Source: Candidatus Zixiibacteriota bacterium
Lineage (GTDB): Bacteria; Zixibacteria; MSB-5A5; UBA10806; 4484-95
Reading direction: 5' to 3'
DNA length: 64,000 nt
Assembly: GCA_037441845.1 (NCBI GenBank)
Contig: JBBIRK010000004.1
Coordinates: forward strand, 1-64,000
The position numbers and the translations under genes are program-made. Under the pieces are notes generated by a model. That model was not told the DNA's origin. It was given only the letters and a program-made list of their open reading frames with translations, and did no database searches. Below are positions 49,259-59,568 of the stretch, one piece after another. The stretch's first letter is position 1, and each line of letters begins with the position of its first letter.

Positions 49259-50722
49259 ATGCCCGATAATATGGAGTCAGATAAGAACAGAATCAAAATC
49301 GATCGTGCAGTTGATGAGGTCGAATTCAACGCCGGCGATCCGGACGATACGGACGATAAGAATGAGCGCGAAACGAACGACGGCAGCGGCGACGCCGCCT
49401 GGGCGTATTTCCGCGACCTCGGGCGATTCAAAATACTCACCAGAGAACAAGAGGTGACGCTTGCCCGAAGAATCGAGAAGCACAAGAAGGGAATAAAGGA
49501 GATCATATTTTCTTCGCTGGCGGTGTTGAATCGTCTGCTGGAATGTCAGCAGAAACTGCTGAACAAGGAAATCCGGCTCGAAGATATCGTCTCCCCGGAA
49601 ACCTGCCGTTGGTTCGCCCCGGAAAATATCAAGCGGGAAAAAGCCAACGTCATCAATCGGCTGAACCGTATATCCAAGATGGTCGATTCGGCCGGAAAGC
49701 TGATCTCCGAGATCAATCCGTCGGGTCTCGATGCGTATCTTGTCAATCGACAGGAAGAGCGCAAGAAGCTGATGGCGGAAATCGAGAAATTCAATTTCAA
49801 TCTCGAATTTCTCGAAGACCTGTTGCGGGTATTCAAGAACAACAACACCAACGGCCGCAGGTTCCATCGTCCGCAGACCAGCATACCGCAGCTGGCCGGG
49901 GTAGAACCGTCTTCTTATCTATTCGCCGAGGAATTGCCGATAGATGAGCTGGAGAAAGTGATCAAGCGGCTCGGATTTTACGAACGCGAACTTGCCCGGA
50001 ACAAACGGATCATGATCGAGGCGAATATGCGGCTGGTCATTTCGATCGCCCGCAAATATATAGGACGCGGCATGGAGTTCATGGATCTGGTGCAGGAGGG
50101 TAATTCCGGGCTGGTGAAAGCGGTAGATAAGTTCGACTACCGCAAGGGATTCAAGTTCGGGACTTACGCATCGTGGTGGATACGTCAGGCGATCACCAGA
50201 GCGCTGGCCGAGCAAGCCCGCACCATCAGAACCCCGATGTATCTCAACAGCCAATACGGCCGTGTGGCGAAAGTATCGCAATCTCTTTTCCAGAAACTCG
50301 GCAGAAAACCCGATCTGGGGGAAATTTCGCAGGAAACGGGTCTGCCGATAGATAAGGTCGAGGATATTATCGGCATGATTCCCCAGACCGTGTCGCTATC
50401 GAAACCGCTCGGCGATGACGAGGAAAATCAGATGCTGAATCTTATCGCCGATCCGCAGTTTTCCACACCGTCGGGCAAAGCCTCGTTCGTTTATCTACAG
50501 GACCAACTCGAACGGGTGCTCGATTCATTGACCGATCGCGAAGAACAGGTGATTCGGCTGCGGTTCGGCATGGTCGATGGGATGCCGCGCACACTCGAGG
50601 AAGTGGGCTTGATTTTCAACTTGACGCGTGAGCGGATCCGTCAGATCGAGGCCAAGGCGCTGCGGAAACTCCGGCATCGGTCACGAGCGGACAAGCTTCG
50701 GGATTGCGTGGATCTGCTTTAG
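49259..50722 (+). CDS. RpoD-like group 1/2 sigma70 factor (divergent, no region 1.1)
   Basis: ANMRLVISIA, DLVQEGN, WWIRQAI, RTLEEVG, TRERIRQIEAKALRKLR; position after dnaG. Confidence 0.88.
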   Translation: MPDNMESDKNRIKIDRAVDEVEFNAGDPDDTDDKNERETNDGSGDAAWAYFRDLGRFKILTREQEVTLARRIEKHKKGIKEIIFSSLAVLNRLLECQQKLLNKEIRLEDIVSPETCRWFAPENIKREKANVINRLNRISKMVDSAGKLISEINPSGLDAYLVNRQEERKKLMAEIEKFNFNLEFLEDLLRVFKNNNTNGRRFHRPQTSIPQLAGVEPSSYLFAEELPIDELEKVIKRLGFYERELARNKRIMIEANMRLVISIARKYIGRGMEFMDLVQEGNSGLVKAVDKFDYRKGFKFGTYASWWIRQAITRALAEQARTIRTPMYLNSQYGRVAKVSQSLFQKLGRKPDLGEISQETGLPIDKVEDIIGMIPQTVSLSKPLGDDEENQMLNLIADPQFSTPSGKASFVYLQDQLERVLDSLTDREEQVIRLRFGMVDGMPRTLEEVGLIFNLTRERIRQIEAKALRKLRHRSRADKLRDCVDLL

Positions 50723-50900
50723 ACAGTAAGAATCCGCCGGAAAAAACGCGGCATCGGACACGTGCCTCCATGGAAATACATCAGGGGTAATAAGGATTAG
50801 CGGACGATTCAGGGAAGGTTATACCGCACAATCGAGTGTGATCCGGAACGGCCGATTCGCCCGTTCGATTCATGGTTCATATAAATGCCTGAATTTTCAT

Positions 50901-50926
50901 GGAACCTCGCCGCGCAAATTCCGTAA
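50901..50926 (+). promoter_or_regulatory. Putative ECF sigma factor promoter
   Basis: GGAAC-N16-CGTAA, 45 nt upstream of the ATG at 50972. Confidence 0.55.
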
Positions 50927-50971
50927 CTAAAATGAAGTAAATATCCGGCCGCAGAAGGAAAGGTGCGAGTC

Positions 50972-52711
50972 ATGAAAATTCACAACGCATTAGCGGCAAT
51001 GACTTTGCTGTTCGTTTCGGCGAACGTTCCTTCGGTCCTGTCTGCTCCCCTGATGGAGATCACCAACGTCAAACCGAATACCGTGCACACGGCCGGTTTC
51101 GAGCTTCTAAAAGCGGGCCGGTTGAAAATCGAAGCCGTCGGTATCCAGCTTCGTTACAGCGAGGATATGAATGCTTTGGCCTGGATTATCGACAGCCAAA
51201 CCAGACAACCCGTCTGGGAGATGACAACCTCTGAAACGGATCGTGTAAGAGGCGAAAAAAATCTCCGGAAGTCATCGACCGACAAACTGTTCAAAGCCGG
51301 CAAATACGAACTGTATTACTACGCCGGCGATTTCATGTTCGGTTCGGTTTCAATCAAAGGAACGGGTGATTTTTTCGAATTTTTCGGCGATCTGCTGGGC
51401 AACAAACGCTACGATGAATTCGACAGGTTGTTGGATAGGTGCAACGTCAAAATATCATCGGACGAGATCGGCAAATCGGATATCAAGACGTTTGAAGTCA
51501 GCGGCGTGATTCCCGGGGCGGTTTTGATCGAAAACAAGCTGGGCGATTCGGAATACATTCAGAGGGCATTTCGGATCGACCGCCCCATGGAAATTCGCAT
51601 CTATTCCATATTCGAAAATCCCGGCGGGGGGGATTCGCCGGCCGACTACGGCTGGATAATCGATGCCGAAACCCGAGCCAAGGTCTGGGAAATAAGCCGC
51701 TGGAACAGCCGCTGGGCGGGCGGCGGCGATAAGAACCGAAAATCGGACCAGACCGTTAAATTCGAAAAAGGGGATTATATTCTTTATTTCGTGACCGACG
51801 ATTCTCATTCCTACCCCGATTTCAACGTCCAGCCGCCGAACGATCCGTTGAACTGGGGAATCTCCCTGATTCTCACCGATCCCGCGGATCGCGCGTATTT
51901 TTCGACCCGGCCGCTTCCCGAGAAAAAGGCCGCCCTGATCGAATTCGCCAGGGTCGGCGACAGCGAATTTTTCGAACAACGTTTCAAACTTACCCGCGAG
52001 ACGACCATTCATATATATGCAATCGGCGAGATGGGCGGCAACAAGGAATTCGCCGATTACGGTTGGGTACAGGATGCGCTTTCGGGAAGGATAGTATGGG
52101 AGATGACCGCGTTGAATACCGAGCATGCCGGAGGTGCGCGCAAGAACCGTCTGTTCGATTCCGAAGTAACTTTGCCTCGCGGCGAATACACGTTGTTTTA
52201 TATCAGCGATGACTCCCACTCTTACGATGACTGGAATGATTCGCCGCCGTTCGACCCGAAAGCATGGGGTGTCACGCTGTATCCGGGCAAAGGATATAAG
52301 GAGGGGGACTTAGTGAAACTATCGCAAGCGGACCAGTCGTCCGGCTCCAACGTACTGGTGAAGATGGTCGGAGTCAGAGACGGTGAGCACCGGCGGGACA
52401 CTTTCGTTTTGAAAAAGCAGACGCGGCTGCACATTTATGCGATAGGCGAGGGCGATTCCGACGAGATGTACGATTACGGCTGGATCATCGATAAATTGAC
52501 CGGCAGAGCGGTCTGGGAGATGACCTGGCGCAATACGGAACCTGCCGGCGGCGCCCGCAAGAATCGGATGTTCAACGACAATATAATACTTGATCAAGGA
52601 ACTTATGAGGTTCATTTCCGCACCGACGATTCCCATTCTTTCGGCGACTGGAACGCACCGAAGCCGAGAGACCCCTACAACTGGGGAATCACGGTGAGTG
52701 TCGTCGAATAG
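50972..52711 (+). CDS. Secreted protein with four tandem ~130-aa repeats of unknown function
   Basis: Signal peptide; repeats of DYGWI.D..T...VWEM...AGG..KNR...G.Y...TDDSHS...N...P.DP..WG. Confidence 0.8.
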   Translation: MKIHNALAAMTLLFVSANVPSVLSAPLMEITNVKPNTVHTAGFELLKAGRLKIEAVGIQLRYSEDMNALAWIIDSQTRQPVWEMTTSETDRVRGEKNLRKSSTDKLFKAGKYELYYYAGDFMFGSVSIKGTGDFFEFFGDLLGNKRYDEFDRLLDRCNVKISSDEIGKSDIKTFEVSGVIPGAVLIENKLGDSEYIQRAFRIDRPMEIRIYSIFENPGGGDSPADYGWIIDAETRAKVWEISRWNSRWAGGGDKNRKSDQTVKFEKGDYILYFVTDDSHSYPDFNVQPPNDPLNWGISLILTDPADRAYFSTRPLPEKKAALIEFARVGDSEFFEQRFKLTRETTIHIYAIGEMGGNKEFADYGWVQDALSGRIVWEMTALNTEHAGGARKNRLFDSEVTLPRGEYTLFYISDDSHSYDDWNDSPPFDPKAWGVTLYPGKGYKEGDLVKLSQADQSSGSNVLVKMVGVRDGEHRRDTFVLKKQTRLHIYAIGEGDSDEMYDYGWIIDKLTGRAVWEMTWRNTEPAGGARKNRMFNDNIILDQGTYEVHFRTDDSHSFGDWNAPKPRDPYNWGITVSVVE

Positions 52712-52736
52712 ATTCTCCCTTATCTCCTCATCCGTG

Positions 52737-52764
52737 AAGCGGCCTTTCCCCGGGCCGCTTTTTT
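52737..52764 (+). terminator. Rho-independent terminator
   Basis: aagcggcc...ggccgctt plus T-run. Confidence 0.8.
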
Positions 52765-52852
52765 ATGGATGCCGAATCGACGGAAATATATTGATGATTT
52801 GTCGGTCAAGTTGTGTTATGATTGAAAGTAGGAACCGAAGAAAGGAGAAAGA

Positions 52853-53731
52853 ATGAAAAAAGCGGCGGCGATTTCATTGGCGGCGGTCATGCTCTTCGCG
52901 GCGAACCTGTCTGCCAATCCCTGGTCTAAATCACTTGACCTTAACCTGACGATAACCCAAAACAGCTACTCCGACAGCTGGAAGGGCGGCGAGGCGGGAA
53001 GCGCCAGCTGGGCGGCCAATGCCGCAGGAATTTTCGAAAAGCAGGCGTCCGCTTCTTTTCGCAACAAGACCACGGTTAAGCTCTCTTTCGGTCAGACGCA
53101 CGTTCAGGACAAGGACACCAAACAGTGGGCCAAACCTCAGAAATCGACCGATCTGATCGATATCGAAAATCTCGGTTTGTTCACGCTCAATTCTTTCGTC
53201 GACCCTTATATCGCGTTAAGGCTTGAAGCCCAATTTCTCGATGCTTCCGTAAGCGAAATCGGTCGGTATTTCTCGCCTGCCAAATTCACCGAATCGGGCG
53301 GGATAGCCCGGGTGTTTTACCGGGCCGACAAGAACGAATTGATCAGCCGTCTCGGGTTTGCGCTGCGCCAAACGGTGACTTCGACGGTGGTGGATACGGC
53401 CGCTAAAACGACCGAAACGAAAAGCACGCAGGACGGTGGGGTGGAGATGGTGAGCGATTTCAAACAGGCGATCTCATCGACGCTGATGATCACCTCGAAG
53501 CTATCGCTTTACAAGGCATTGTTCTTTTCCAAAGCCGACGATTTCAAGGGGACGGTCGCCGAGGATTATTGGAAAGCCGTGGATATCAATTTCGAAAACA
53601 AAATTTCGGCATCGGTGGCGAAATACGTTGAAGTATCGCTTTATTTGCAAACTTTGTACGACAAGGAGATCGATCTTCGGGGGCGATTCAAGCAGACTCT
53701 GGCTTTGGGGCTGACGTATAAATTATTCTAA
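52853..53731 (+). CDS. Outer-membrane beta-barrel protein (DUF3078-like)
   Basis: Signal peptide; TQNSYSDSW.GGE; LYDKEI; C-terminal LGLTYKLF. Confidence 0.75.
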   Translation: MKKAAAISLAAVMLFAANLSANPWSKSLDLNLTITQNSYSDSWKGGEAGSASWAANAAGIFEKQASASFRNKTTVKLSFGQTHVQDKDTKQWAKPQKSTDLIDIENLGLFTLNSFVDPYIALRLEAQFLDASVSEIGRYFSPAKFTESGGIARVFYRADKNELISRLGFALRQTVTSTVVDTAAKTTETKSTQDGGVEMVSDFKQAISSTLMITSKLSLYKALFFSKADDFKGTVAEDYWKAVDINFENKISASVAKYVEVSLYLQTLYDKEIDLRGRFKQTLALGLTYKLF

Positions 53732-53745
53732 GCGGAACGGAAGCG

Positions 53746-53774
53746 AACGGCATATCGAACGGGTATGCCGTTTT
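53746..53774. terminator. Hairpin terminator between convergent genes
   Basis: aacggcatat...gtatgccgtt. Confidence 0.65.
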
Positions 53775-54075
53775 ATTTATCTGTTTTGAATCCTATGTTT
53801 TTTTCTTCCTGACCGTAGATTTTTATCTGCCCGAAATCGTTTTCGTATTTCTTTATGTTTTCCTCGAGCGACCGCAGCAGCATTTTGGCGTGGGCCGGGG
53901 TCATGATCACACGGGCGTAAATTTTGGCCTTATTGACTCCCGGCATCACTCTGGCGAAATCGAAAATGAATTCCTGCGGCGATATCACGATTAAAGCCAT
54001 ATTCGAATAGATCCCTTCGGATTCTTTTTCCGGCAGTTCCACATTTATCTGCCGCGCGGGGTGTTTTTCGTTCAT
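53773..54075 (-). CDS. DUF3467 domain protein
   Basis: EGIYSN...S..EFIFDF...RVIMTPAHAK...YE..FG.I; SD aggag. Confidence 0.88.
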   Translation of the reverse strand: MNEKHPARQINVELPEKESEGIYSNMALIVISPQEFIFDFARVMPGVNKAKIYARVIMTPAHAKMLLRSLEENIKKYENDFGQIKIYGQEEKNIGFKTDK

Positions 54076-54156
54076 CGTTTTCACTCCTGTTTTGCCTTGC
54101 CTAATTTACGGCAGGATAATATAATTTACGCCCATGTCAATACAAAAGGTCTGTCG

Positions 54157-55176
54157 GTGAACAAATCGAAATTGGGAAAAATATTTTCGGGCATGAAAAA
54201 GGCGCGGATTCTGGTTATCGGCGACCTCATGCTCGACCGCTACCTTTGGGGCGCAGTGTCGAGAATATCCCCGGAAGCGCCGGTGCCCATCGTTGAAATC
54301 CAGAACGAGGAGCACCTTCTGGGGGGTGCGGCCAACGTTGCCATGAACATAGCCGCCTTGGGCGGCAGAGCGCACCTTGCCGGAGTCATAGGCAAAGACG
54401 AATTCGGGAAAAAGCTGAGTGCTCTGGCCCGAAAAAACCGACTCGATATAGCCGGGGTATTTGCCGATAACGGCCGACCCACGACCGTAAAGACCAGAAT
54501 AATCGCCCACAATCAGCAGATAGTCAGGGCCGATCGGGAAAAACGCGATCGGCTTTCATCCGGGCTGCGGAGGAAATTGTCCGCTTACGCGGCGGATTTG
54601 TTGCCTCTGGTCGATGCGGTCATAATTTCCGACTACGGCAAGGGTGTTATCGACGCCGAATTGGTGAAGTTCGTCACGGGGGAATGTCGACGACGAGATA
54701 TATTCGTGGCCGTGGATCCTAAGGAAACGAATTTTTACGATTACAGGCATGTTTCGACGATAACCCCGAATCATCATGAGGCGGGGTTCGTGGCCGGTCG
54801 AAAGATTATTGATGACCGCAGCCTCGAGGAGGTCGGTTGGATGCTTCTCGAGCGCTTGGAAGCGGGATCGGTGCTTATAACTCTCGGAGAAAAAGGGATG
54901 GCTCTCTTCGAGAACAATATATCAGGGGGCAAGGCGCGCCGCAGTTTGACTCTAATTCCGACGATGGCCCGAAAGGTATTCGACGTGACCGGGGCCGGAG
55001 ATACGGTAATCGCGGCGATGACTCTTGCGGCCGCCGCCGGCGCATCTCTCAAAGAAGCCGCTTTCATCGCCAACATCGCTGCCGGCGAGGTGGTGGCTGA
55101 AATCGGCACCGCCCAGGTCGAATGGGATCGGCTTCGCAGCCTGACCCTGGAACGCGCCGATCAAGCGGAATTTTGA
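54157..55176 (+). CDS. rfaE1: D-glycero-beta-D-manno-heptose-7-phosphate kinase (HldA/RfaE1)
   Basis: GDLMLDRY.WG...RISPEAPVP, GGAANVA, SDYGKG, DVTGAGDTV. Confidence 0.93.
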   Translation: MNKSKLGKIFSGMKKARILVIGDLMLDRYLWGAVSRISPEAPVPIVEIQNEEHLLGGAANVAMNIAALGGRAHLAGVIGKDEFGKKLSALARKNRLDIAGVFADNGRPTTVKTRIIAHNQQIVRADREKRDRLSSGLRRKLSAYAADLLPLVDAVIISDYGKGVIDAELVKFVTGECRRRDIFVAVDPKETNFYDYRHVSTITPNHHEAGFVAGRKIIDDRSLEEVGWMLLERLEAGSVLITLGEKGMALFENNISGGKARRSLTLIPTMARKVFDVTGAGDTVIAAMTLAAAAGASLKEAAFIANIAAGEVVAEIGTAQVEWDRLRSLTLERADQAEF

Positions 55177-55228
55177 AACCGGGTGCTGTGCCTTTCAGGT
55201 GCGTTGTTAGTCGGACAAAGGCGAATTA

Positions 55229-55702
55229 ATGGGAAAAACGATAAGCCAGAGCGAGGCGGTCGCAATTCGTAATCGATACCGCCGTCTCGGGAAAAAGGTC
55301 GTCTTCACAAACGGTTGTTTCGATATCATCCATCGCGGCCATATAGAATACCTCGCCAAAGCAAGGAAGCTGGGCGATCTGCTGATAGTGGGCCTTAACA
55401 GCGACAACTCGGTGCGAAAACTGAAAGGTAAGGGCCGTCCGGTGATTCGACAGCAGGATCGCGCGTTCATATTATCCCATCTTGATATGGTGGACTACGT
55501 AGTCATATTCGATTCCCTCACTCCGCTAAGATTGATTCGAAAATTGGCTCCCGATGTTTTGGTCAAAGGCGGTGATTACAAGCCCGCAAATATAGTGGGC
55601 GCCGACGACGTTCGGGCAGCCGGAGGAGAGGTTGTAATTATTGGCTATATTCCGGGCCGTTCGACGTCGGCCATAATCGATCGCCTGCGCGTATCGAAGT
55701 AG
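55229..55702 (+). CDS. rfaE2: D-glycero-beta-D-manno-heptose-1-phosphate adenylyltransferase (HldC/RfaE2)
   Basis: VVFTNGCFDIIHRGH, GLNSD.SV..LKG..RP, KGGDY, STS. Confidence 0.95.
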   Translation: MGKTISQSEAVAIRNRYRRLGKKVVFTNGCFDIIHRGHIEYLAKARKLGDLLIVGLNSDNSVRKLKGKGRPVIRQQDRAFILSHLDMVDYVVIFDSLTPLRLIRKLAPDVLVKGGDYKPANIVGADDVRAAGGEVVIIGYIPGRSTSAIIDRLRVSK

Positions 55703-55906
55703 TTTTTCAATACCCATTCCGAAATTGATAAGATTGCGTATCCTCTCTAACATTCGTTTAATTCAGGCGGTTTGCTCACGAGTTGAACGCGATATCGGGG
55801 TTGCACGATTTGACATAATCAATAACGGGATAACGAATTAGGGGATTGCGCTTGACAGAAGACGGGTTTAGGCATATAATTAAAACCCTTAACCGGAAAT
55901 TTGAGT

Positions 55907-56575
55907 ATGGAAATCGAACAACCAACATCGCCGGATATAGAAGCATTCAGGGCGATGGAACTGCTTAAAGCGGGAGATAAGATCAGAGCGATAAATCTTT
56001 GTCACAAGGCCCTCGATGATTTCGGGCCCAACGGTAACCTCTTTCTGGTAAAGGCAAGAGCACATCTTGAGTTGGGTGATGCCGGCTTTGCCGAAGATGC
56101 GCTGTTGAAATTGCTTCATGAAGATCCCGAGCATCCGGCGGGATGGGCGATGTTGGGCGAGGTTTATTTCCGGCAGGAAAGAACGCTGAAAGTTGAATAT
56201 TGCCGCCGTCGTTTGGCTCAGATATTTCCGGCGTTCAGCGATTATATCAAGGCTAATGAAGACAGCATTGGTGCGCCGGTTGAAAATCAGCGAAAAGGGG
56301 ATACGGGCATAACCCATGTGCCGATCGAGGAGCTTGATTCGAGCGGCATGGTCCCGCTCGATGACCTCAGGGGTGCATCCTCAAATGAAGGTATAGGCGA
56401 GGAAAGTTCGGCGGGAGACATTTTCGAAACATCGACGTTCGCCGAAATCTGCTTGGCTCAAGGCAAATACGAGAAGGCGCTCGAAATATATCGAAACCTT
56501 TTGAAACATAATCCCGAAAACGAGACATATATCAGCAAAGTGAACATGCTTCAATCGAGATTGGAAAACAGATGA
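55907..56575 (+). CDS. TPR protein
   Basis: N-terminal TPRs, acidic linker, TFAEICLAQGKYEKALEIY. Confidence 0.78.
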   Translation: MEIEQPTSPDIEAFRAMELLKAGDKIRAINLCHKALDDFGPNGNLFLVKARAHLELGDAGFAEDALLKLLHEDPEHPAGWAMLGEVYFRQERTLKVEYCRRRLAQIFPAFSDYIKANEDSIGAPVENQRKGDTGITHVPIEELDSSGMVPLDDLRGASSNEGIGEESSAGDIFETSTFAEICLAQGKYEKALEIYRNLLKHNPENETYISKVNMLQSRLENR

Positions 56576-57642
56576 CCGGCGCACGCTTGAATCAGGCTTT
56601 CGGCTTGATGAAAAAATCAAAATTCGACGTATTCATCGTCAGCAAATTAAGCAACGTTCATTATCTTTCCGGCTATTCGGGCACCAACGGAATGGTTGTG
56701 CTGGCGCCGCCCAAGGCGTTTTTCCTGACCGATTTCCGTTATGCCGTGCAGGCCCGCAAAGAGGTCAAGAACTGTCAGGTTATAATAGCCGAACGCGATC
56801 TTTTGGGCGAACTGGTTCATCTTCCGTGTTTCCGGGCCGGCGTCAAAACCGGCTTCGAATCGGGCACGGTGACCGTAAGGATTTTCGATAAGATCAAGGA
56901 ATTGCTTCCCGAAATCGTTCTGGAACCGGCGGAAAATCTGGTGGAATCGTTGTCGATCATAAAAGACCAATCTGAGATCAACAAGATAAAGCGCGCTTGC
57001 AAGATCACCGATTCCGTTTTCGCCGAATCGCTCAAATTGATCAAGCCCGGGATGAAGGAAAAAGACCTCGCTCTGGAAATACTTTGCCGCATGATCAAGC
57101 ACGGAGCCGATGGAGCATCGTTCGATTTTATCGTGGCTTCGGGCCAAAGATCGAGCATGCCGCACGGAAGAGCATCCGACCGAAAGTTCAAGAAAGGCGA
57201 TTTTATCACGATAGATATCGGCTGTTTCGTGGATGGATACGCTTCGGATCTCACTCGAACGGTGGTTCTGGGCAAAGCCTCCGCCAAACAGAAAAAAATA
57301 TATCAAATCGTATTGGAAGCGCAGGAAGCAGCTATCGCGGCGGTCAAACCGGGGCTGCCGGCGAAAGAGCTTGACATGGTGGCTCGAAATATCATAAACA
57401 AAGCAGGTTACGGTGACTATTTCGGGCACGGCCTGGGGCATGGCCTGGGGCTGGAAGTCCACGACCTTCCGGCCATCAATCCGAGAAGCGCCGATACGAT
57501 TGCGGCCGGTCAGGTATTTACGATTGAGCCGGGGATTTACATTCCCAATTGGGGCGGCGTGCGGATAGAGGATGATGTGCTTGTCACCCCCACCGGCGCT
57601 CGGACGCTGACGCGCGCTCCGAAACATTTGATCGAACTTTAA
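56572..57642 (+). CDS. Xaa-Pro aminopeptidase (M24 family)
   Basis: TDFRY, PHG, DIG...YASD.TRT, GHGLGLEVH, TIEPGIY, GVRIEDD. Confidence 0.93.
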   Translation: MTGARLNQAFGLMKKSKFDVFIVSKLSNVHYLSGYSGTNGMVVLAPPKAFFLTDFRYAVQARKEVKNCQVIIAERDLLGELVHLPCFRAGVKTGFESGTVTVRIFDKIKELLPEIVLEPAENLVESLSIIKDQSEINKIKRACKITDSVFAESLKLIKPGMKEKDLALEILCRMIKHGADGASFDFIVASGQRSSMPHGRASDRKFKKGDFITIDIGCFVDGYASDLTRTVVLGKASAKQKKIYQIVLEAQEAAIAAVKPGLPAKELDMVARNIINKAGYGDYFGHGLGHGLGLEVHDLPAINPRSADTIAAGQVFTIEPGIYIPNWGGVRIEDDVLVTPTGARTLTRAPKHLIEL

Positions 57643-57656
57643 GCAAGGGGAGAATA

Positions 57657-58142
57657 ATGAGGACCTCCAAGATTAGAGCGTTGATCAGGCTTGTCGAAGA
57701 TTCAGCTATCGATGAGCTTGAAGTCTCGTACTGGGGGAGGAAAGTGCGCATCCGGAAAAATATCCCTGTCTCCGATAACAATAACGGACATCGACCTCAA
57801 GTTACGATGGCGGTTCCCGATAAGGTAATTGAAGCAACCGTGGCGGCATCGACGAGTGCGGGTGCGCCTGCACCGGCCAAAGAAAAAGCGCAGGCGGATA
57901 ACTTGCTCGAAATCAAGTCGCCCATGGTCGGCACGTTCTATAGGGCGCCGGCTCCGGATGCCAAGCCCTTTGTCGAGGTTGGCGATAAAATAAGCCGCGG
58001 GCAGGTGGTATGCATTATCGAGGCCATGAAATTGATGAACGAAATCGAGTCCGAGTTCGCCGGACGAGTGGTCGAGATATTGGTGCAGAATTCCCAGCCG
58101 GTTCAATTCGGCCAACCGCTGTTTTTGATCGAACCAGCCTGA
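57657..58142 (+). CDS. accB: Acetyl-CoA carboxylase biotin carboxyl carrier protein
   Basis: SPMVGTFYRAP, IIEAMKLMNEI. Confidence 0.96.
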   Translation: MRTSKIRALIRLVEDSAIDELEVSYWGRKVRIRKNIPVSDNNNGHRPQVTMAVPDKVIEATVAASTSAGAPAPAKEKAQADNLLEIKSPMVGTFYRAPAPDAKPFVEVGDKISRGQVVCIIEAMKLMNEIESEFAGRVVEILVQNSQPVQFGQPLFLIEPA

Positions 58143-58208
58143 TCGTCAATTCGATAAAATTCCTATATTGCAAAAAGCCGGACTCCACAAGATCTCCGAG
58201 GAGTGTCT

Positions 58209-59336
58209 ATGACATTTAAGGAAATGATCCAGCAGATGCTTTCGCAGAACGCCTCCGATCTTCATCTCCGGGTCGGATTGAGACCGACTTTGAGGGTCGA
58301 TGGCAAACTGGTCCCAGCAGATGACCAAGTGCTGATGCCTCCCGATATGGAAAAGATACTTTCGCAGATTCTCACGGAAAGCCAGGTGCAAAAATTCCAC
58401 GCGAAACGGGAAATGGATCTGGCTTTATCCATTTCCAAAATGGGGAGATTCAGAATCAACTTGTATAAGCAAAGAGGCACGGTAGGCATCGCCATAAGGC
58501 AGGTAAATACCATAATCCCCACTTTCGAAGAATTGAATATGCCGGAAATTATAAAGGATATCGCCAACGCGCGGCATGGCCTGATAATCGTCACCGGCAC
58601 GACCGGGTCCGGCAAATCGACCACGCTGGCGGCGATGATCGAGTATATCAATTCGACGCGAGCCGAAAATATCCTGACGATCGAAGATCCGATCGAATAT
58701 ATCTACCGAGATAAGAGGTCGATCATCTCACAGCGCGAGGTGGGCGGCGACACCGATTCCTTTTCCAGCGCCTTAAGGCATGCTTTCAGGCAGGATCCCG
58801 ATATCATTCTGATCGGCGAGATCCGCGATGCCGAGACTATGGGGATCGCACTCACCGCGGCCGATACCGGGCATCTCGTGTTGACTACTCTCCATACCTT
58901 GAATGCGGTCGAGACCATCTCCCGCATTATTTCGTTTTTCCCGCCCCATCAGCATCAACAAATAAGATTGCTTTTGGCGGGAACACTGAAGTCGATAATC
59001 TGTCAGAAACTTCTGCCCCGCTGCGATGGTCCCGGGCGGGTGCCGGCGGTCGAAATCATGGTCAGCACTCATTCCATAAGGGAATATATAATCGACCAGA
59101 TGAAGACACCGTTAATAAGCGAGTTGATCGAACAGGGTACGGTGCAGTACGGAATGCAAAGTTTCGATCAATCGTTGATGAAACTTTTCCGCTCGGGTCT
59201 GATAAGCTACGACGACGCTTTGGCCCATTCGACCAACCCGGACGACTTCGATCTGCGGGCGAAAGGGATAACCAGCGCTTCCGACCGCGGTTGGAGCGAC
59301 GTGGTAAGCGAACCGAAGAAAGACCAGTTGTTTTAG
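58209..59336 (+). CDS. PilT/PilU-family type IV pilus ATPase
   Basis: ASDLHL, GTTGSGKSTT, TIEDPIE, QDPDIILIGEIRD, TGHLVLTTLH, GMQSFDQ. Confidence 0.9.
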   Translation: MTFKEMIQQMLSQNASDLHLRVGLRPTLRVDGKLVPADDQVLMPPDMEKILSQILTESQVQKFHAKREMDLALSISKMGRFRINLYKQRGTVGIAIRQVNTIIPTFEELNMPEIIKDIANARHGLIIVTGTTGSGKSTTLAAMIEYINSTRAENILTIEDPIEYIYRDKRSIISQREVGGDTDSFSSALRHAFRQDPDIILIGEIRDAETMGIALTAADTGHLVLTTLHTLNAVETISRIISFFPPHQHQQIRLLLAGTLKSIICQKLLPRCDGPGRVPAVEIMVSTHSIREYIIDQMKTPLISELIEQGTVQYGMQSFDQSLMKLFRSGLISYDDALAHSTNPDDFDLRAKGITSASDRGWSDVVSEPKKDQLF

Positions 59337-59475
59337 TTTACCGATATTTTGTCGGCTCTTGGCGGCTATTGTCGGGTAATCGTCGGCCGGAGGGTAAGCG
59401 GTATCTTTTCCTGATTTTCAACGCTGCGACGCCGTCGGGTGACGGAGGCGGCGAACTTTCTTTGACTACAAATCG

Positions 59476-59503
59476 TTGACAGTTAGGATTAAATTGATAT
59501 ATT
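59476..59503 (+). promoter_or_regulatory. Sigma70-type promoter for the accC-gcv operon
   Basis: TTGACA-N16-TATATT with TGn extension. Confidence 0.55.
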
Positions 59504-59568
59504 TTTTAATTTAAGGTCGAGGGGCGAAGCGCCTCCCGATGATAGGGCTTTGATAAAAGGCGGAATAT

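Noticed and set aside
50723..50900. Possible ncRNA (tRNA/6S/RNase P) after the sigma gene
   Set aside because: No recognisable conserved motif or extended pairing
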